This document shows positions 4,825 through 6,242 of a DNA stretch of 6,242 nucleotides, in pieces. The stretch is from positions 1 through 6,242 of IMG/VR virus record IMGVR_UViG_3300008450_002950, one strand, 5' to 3'. Under the pieces are notes generated by a model. That model made no database searches, had not been told where the DNA came from, and worked only from the letters and a program-made list of their open reading frames with translations. How positions within the stretch are numbered: the first letter of the stretch is position 1; the number at the start of each line of letters is the position of its first letter. A program made the position numbers and the translations under genes. The DNA comes from a virus.

Positions 4825-5471
4825 CAATAGTATCTATAAGAGAATATAATAAAAGAATAGAGTCTGTTCTTTCTGACTCATATAAAGTTGTACTAACCGA
4901 TGAGGAGTATAACTATAGAAAAGAATATTCTGTAGACTGGTCAGATAAAAAACGAGACGCAGGTCCTCAGTACATTATTGATGACAACTACTTAGAGAAA
5001 AGAAGTACTAATGGGCACATGGGGCAAAGAGCTGTAGAGAAGTTTTTAGGTATAGAATTTACAGATCCTGATACTTCATATGATATAAAAAAGAATATCC
5101 CTGATTTATTACCTGCAGGATTACATATTGGAGTAAAGACGCATAGAGTAGCTAATCCTCCAATGCTTGATTTTATACCGGATCAAGTATATGAGAAGCT
5201 TGATCCTGTAAAACAAAAGAAAGCTCGTTATCCTCAGATTATTGTAACAAAGGATAATAACTGTGAAAAGACCTTTTATATACTTGGTGTTTATGCTCCT
5301 AAAGTTCTTTGGCATAAAGACTATGTAGATAAAGGTCTGATATATGATGATAAACTTTTAGAGAAGGGAACTAAGATTCCTTTTATTGGTGTACATAAAC
5401 GTGTACCATTTAAAAACAAGGAAGAACTAGTTTCTATCATAGGTCCTACATGGACTTCTACTGTAAGGTGA
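4821..5471 (+). CDS. Hypothetical protein (216 aa), possibly a degenerate PD-(D/E)xK-like fold
   Basis: Long ORF. GHMGQRAVEKFLG ... IPDLLPAGLHIGVKT ... QIIVT ... FYILGV resembles the G..GE.A...yLg / D / (D/E)-V-K-T layout of restriction-endonuclease-like phage proteins, but has Gly where the second acidic residue is expected. The fold call is low confidence. The TGA stop (5469-5471) lies inside the next tRNA gene. Confidence 0.65.
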   Translation: MTIVSIREYNKRIESVLSDSYKVVLTDEEYNYRKEYSVDWSDKKRDAGPQYIIDDNYLEKRSTNGHMGQRAVEKFLGIEFTDPDTSYDIKKNIPDLLPAGLHIGVKTHRVANPPMLDFIPDQVYEKLDPVKQKKARYPQIIVTKDNNCEKTFYILGVYAPKVLWHKDYVDKGLIYDDKLLEKGTKIPFIGVHKRVPFKNKEELVSIIGPTWTSTVR

Positions 5472-5551
5472 CGGAACTGGCAGACGTGCCTCCCTGTCTC
5501 GGAGGTGGATAGGGTTTCTTATCCTTGGAGGTTCAAATCCTCCCCTTACAG
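5462..5551 (+). tRNA. Class II (long variable arm) tRNA with a GTC anticodon (Asp by anticodon) on a Leu-like body; atypical
   Basis: Manual fold: acceptor TGTAAGG 5462-5468 pairs with CCTTACA 5544-5550; U8 is present. D-arm is ACG-GAACTGGCAGA-CGT (5471-5487), almost identical to the bacterial tRNA-Leu D-arm GCG-GAAUUGGUAGA-CGC. Anticodon stem CCTCC 5489-5493 pairs with GGAGG 5501-5505, with loop CTGTCTC 5494-5500. The 21-nt variable arm has stem GGATA 5507-5511 / TATCC 5520-5524. T-arm is GGAGG-TTCAAAT-CCTCC 5527-5543. The discriminator is G 5551, and no CCA is encoded. Confidence 0.7.
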
Positions 5552-5560
5552 CAAAAATAC

Positions 5561-5634
5561 CGCGGGGTGGTGTAACGGTAGCACACTGGGCTCATAACCC
5601 AGGAATCCTAGTTCAACTCTAGGCTCCGCAACCA
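5561..5634 (+). tRNA. Initiator tRNA-fMet (anticodon CAT) with encoded CCA
   Basis: Manual fold: CGCGGGG-TG-GTGT-AACGGTA-GCAC-A-CTGGG-CTCATAA-CCCAG-GAAT-CCTAG-TTCAACT-CTAGG-CTCCGCA-A-CCA. It has the C1/A72 mismatch and three consecutive G:C pairs next to the anticodon loop (GGGCTCATAACCC). The 5' CGCGGGG and 3' CGCAACCA ends match E. coli tRNA-fMet. Confidence 0.9.
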
Positions 5635-5650
5635 CATTAAATTAATTCTT

Positions 5651-5869
5651 ATGGAAAACAAAGACTATGCCCTTTACAACTATGTGTTTCACTACAATGC
5701 TCATAATAAAAACTGGGCAGCTATTCCTAGAGAACTTTATAATGACTATTGGAGTGACTCTACTAAACCTGGTATTCTAAGAAGTAAGTCTATTGATACT
5801 TTGATAGAAATCTTACACAAAACAGGTGGAGACAAAAAGAAAATAAGCAAGCTAGTTGGAGAAAAATAA
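5651..5869 (+). CDS. Hypothetical protein (72 aa)
   Basis: The ORF starts 16 nt after the tRNA CCA end. It has an aromatic-rich N-terminus (YALYNYVFHYNAHNKNWAAIPRELYNDYW). No family was recognised. Confidence 0.55.
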   Translation: MENKDYALYNYVFHYNAHNKNWAAIPRELYNDYWSDSTKPGILRSKSIDTLIEILHKTGGDKKKISKLVGEK

Positions 5870-6242
5870 ACCATATATAGAAGTACCAACCTATGAAAAT
5901 GGGCAGTGGGATCTAACTACTTTTTACTCAAGAGAAGAGTTCAGAGACTATTTGGTTAAGTTATTTAAAGAGCCTGGTCAATATGGTTTTGATGAAAGCA
6001 GTCAGATATTTAATGCTGAAGCTAGAAAATACCAACAACAAGGTTTTTACTGCCCAGCCCCTGTAAAAACTAAAGACTTTATTAATTACTGGGATGACCA
6101 GAAAATGAAGTGTAAGTCAGGCATTATTGTAAAAAATAACGGTAATGCATGGTATATCAGTCGGGATTATTACATGTGGCTAAACTTTCTTCCTATCTAT
6201 GATAAAGAAGAAAAACGTTTTGACTTTGCAAAAGTCAGAGAT
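5856..6242 (+). CDS. Probable terminase large subunit, N-terminal fragment (continues beyond the window end)
   Basis: The frame is open from 5856 to the window edge (129 codons, no stop) and is absent from the ORF track because it has no stop. GFYCPAPVKTKDFINYWDDQKMKCKSGIIV......WYISRDYYMWLNFLPI....E.KRFDF resembles my recollection of an N-terminal block in some phage TerL proteins (..yW..ek.rC..G.....yitG.hYfyLNf.pI). The only standard start before the conserved block is TTG 5856, preceded by an in-frame TAG at 5853-5855. Confidence 0.45.
   Translation, partial: MEKNKPYIEVPTYENGQWDLTTFYSREEFRDYLVKLFKEPGQYGFDESSQIFNAEARKYQQQGFYCPAPVKTKDFINYWDDQKMKCKSGIIVKNNGNAWYISRDYYMWLNFLPIYDKEEKRFDFAKVRD

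Noticed and set aside
5844-5869. +1 frameshift or stop-codon readthrough fusing the 72-aa ORF to the TerL-like frame, and more generally stop-codon reassignment served by the odd tRNA
   Set aside because: The TerL frame has TAA (5844-5846) and TAG (5853-5855) just upstream, and no slippery or stall motif is evident at GAA AAA TAA. The atypical tRNA's anticodon (GTC) is not a suppressor anticodon (CTA, TCA or TTA). Initiation at TTG is simpler.
1-6242. CRISPR arrays, transposase or integrase genes, IS-element ends, or DGR template/variable repeat pairs
   Set aside because: No regularly spaced direct repeats of 24-40 nt were seen. No ORF has DDE, tyrosine or serine recombinase or reverse-transcriptase motifs, and reading through the window turned up no long near-identical repeat pairs.

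Overview
All credible genes in this AT-rich, tightly packed block lie on the + strand, and it reads like part of a tailed-phage or prophage genome. Many neighbouring genes are joined by ATGA or TAATG stop/start overlaps. Almost no gene has a Shine-Dalgarno sequence, which suggests (inference only) a Bacteroidota-type host. In order, the window holds: a repeat-dense non-coding leader (about 90-270); an HxlR-family winged-helix regulator (281-616); a second intergenic region with a related palindrome (617-826); two small acidic proteins; a GNAT acetyltransferase; a possible winged-helix protein; an HU/IHF-like protein; a Cys-rich putative zinc-binding protein; a RecB/Cas4-like PD-(D/E)xK nuclease; several hypothetical proteins; two adjacent tRNA genes (5462-5551 and 5561-5634); a 72-aa ORF; and an ORF running off the 3' end that resembles the N-terminus of a terminase large subunit. 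Four items deserve a second look. (1) A well-folded long-variable-arm tRNA has a Leu-like D-arm but the anticodon loop CTGTCTC, which gives a GUC (Asp) anticodon and a pyrimidine at position 37; its 5' end also overlaps the stop codon of the upstream CDS. (2) The second tRNA is a textbook initiator tRNA-fMet. (3) An iteron/operator-like repeat array flanks the HxlR gene. (4) Two conserved-looking genes have only TTG as a plausible start. No CRISPR array, transposase or integrase is visible. All functional calls rest on remembered family motifs, not on searches.
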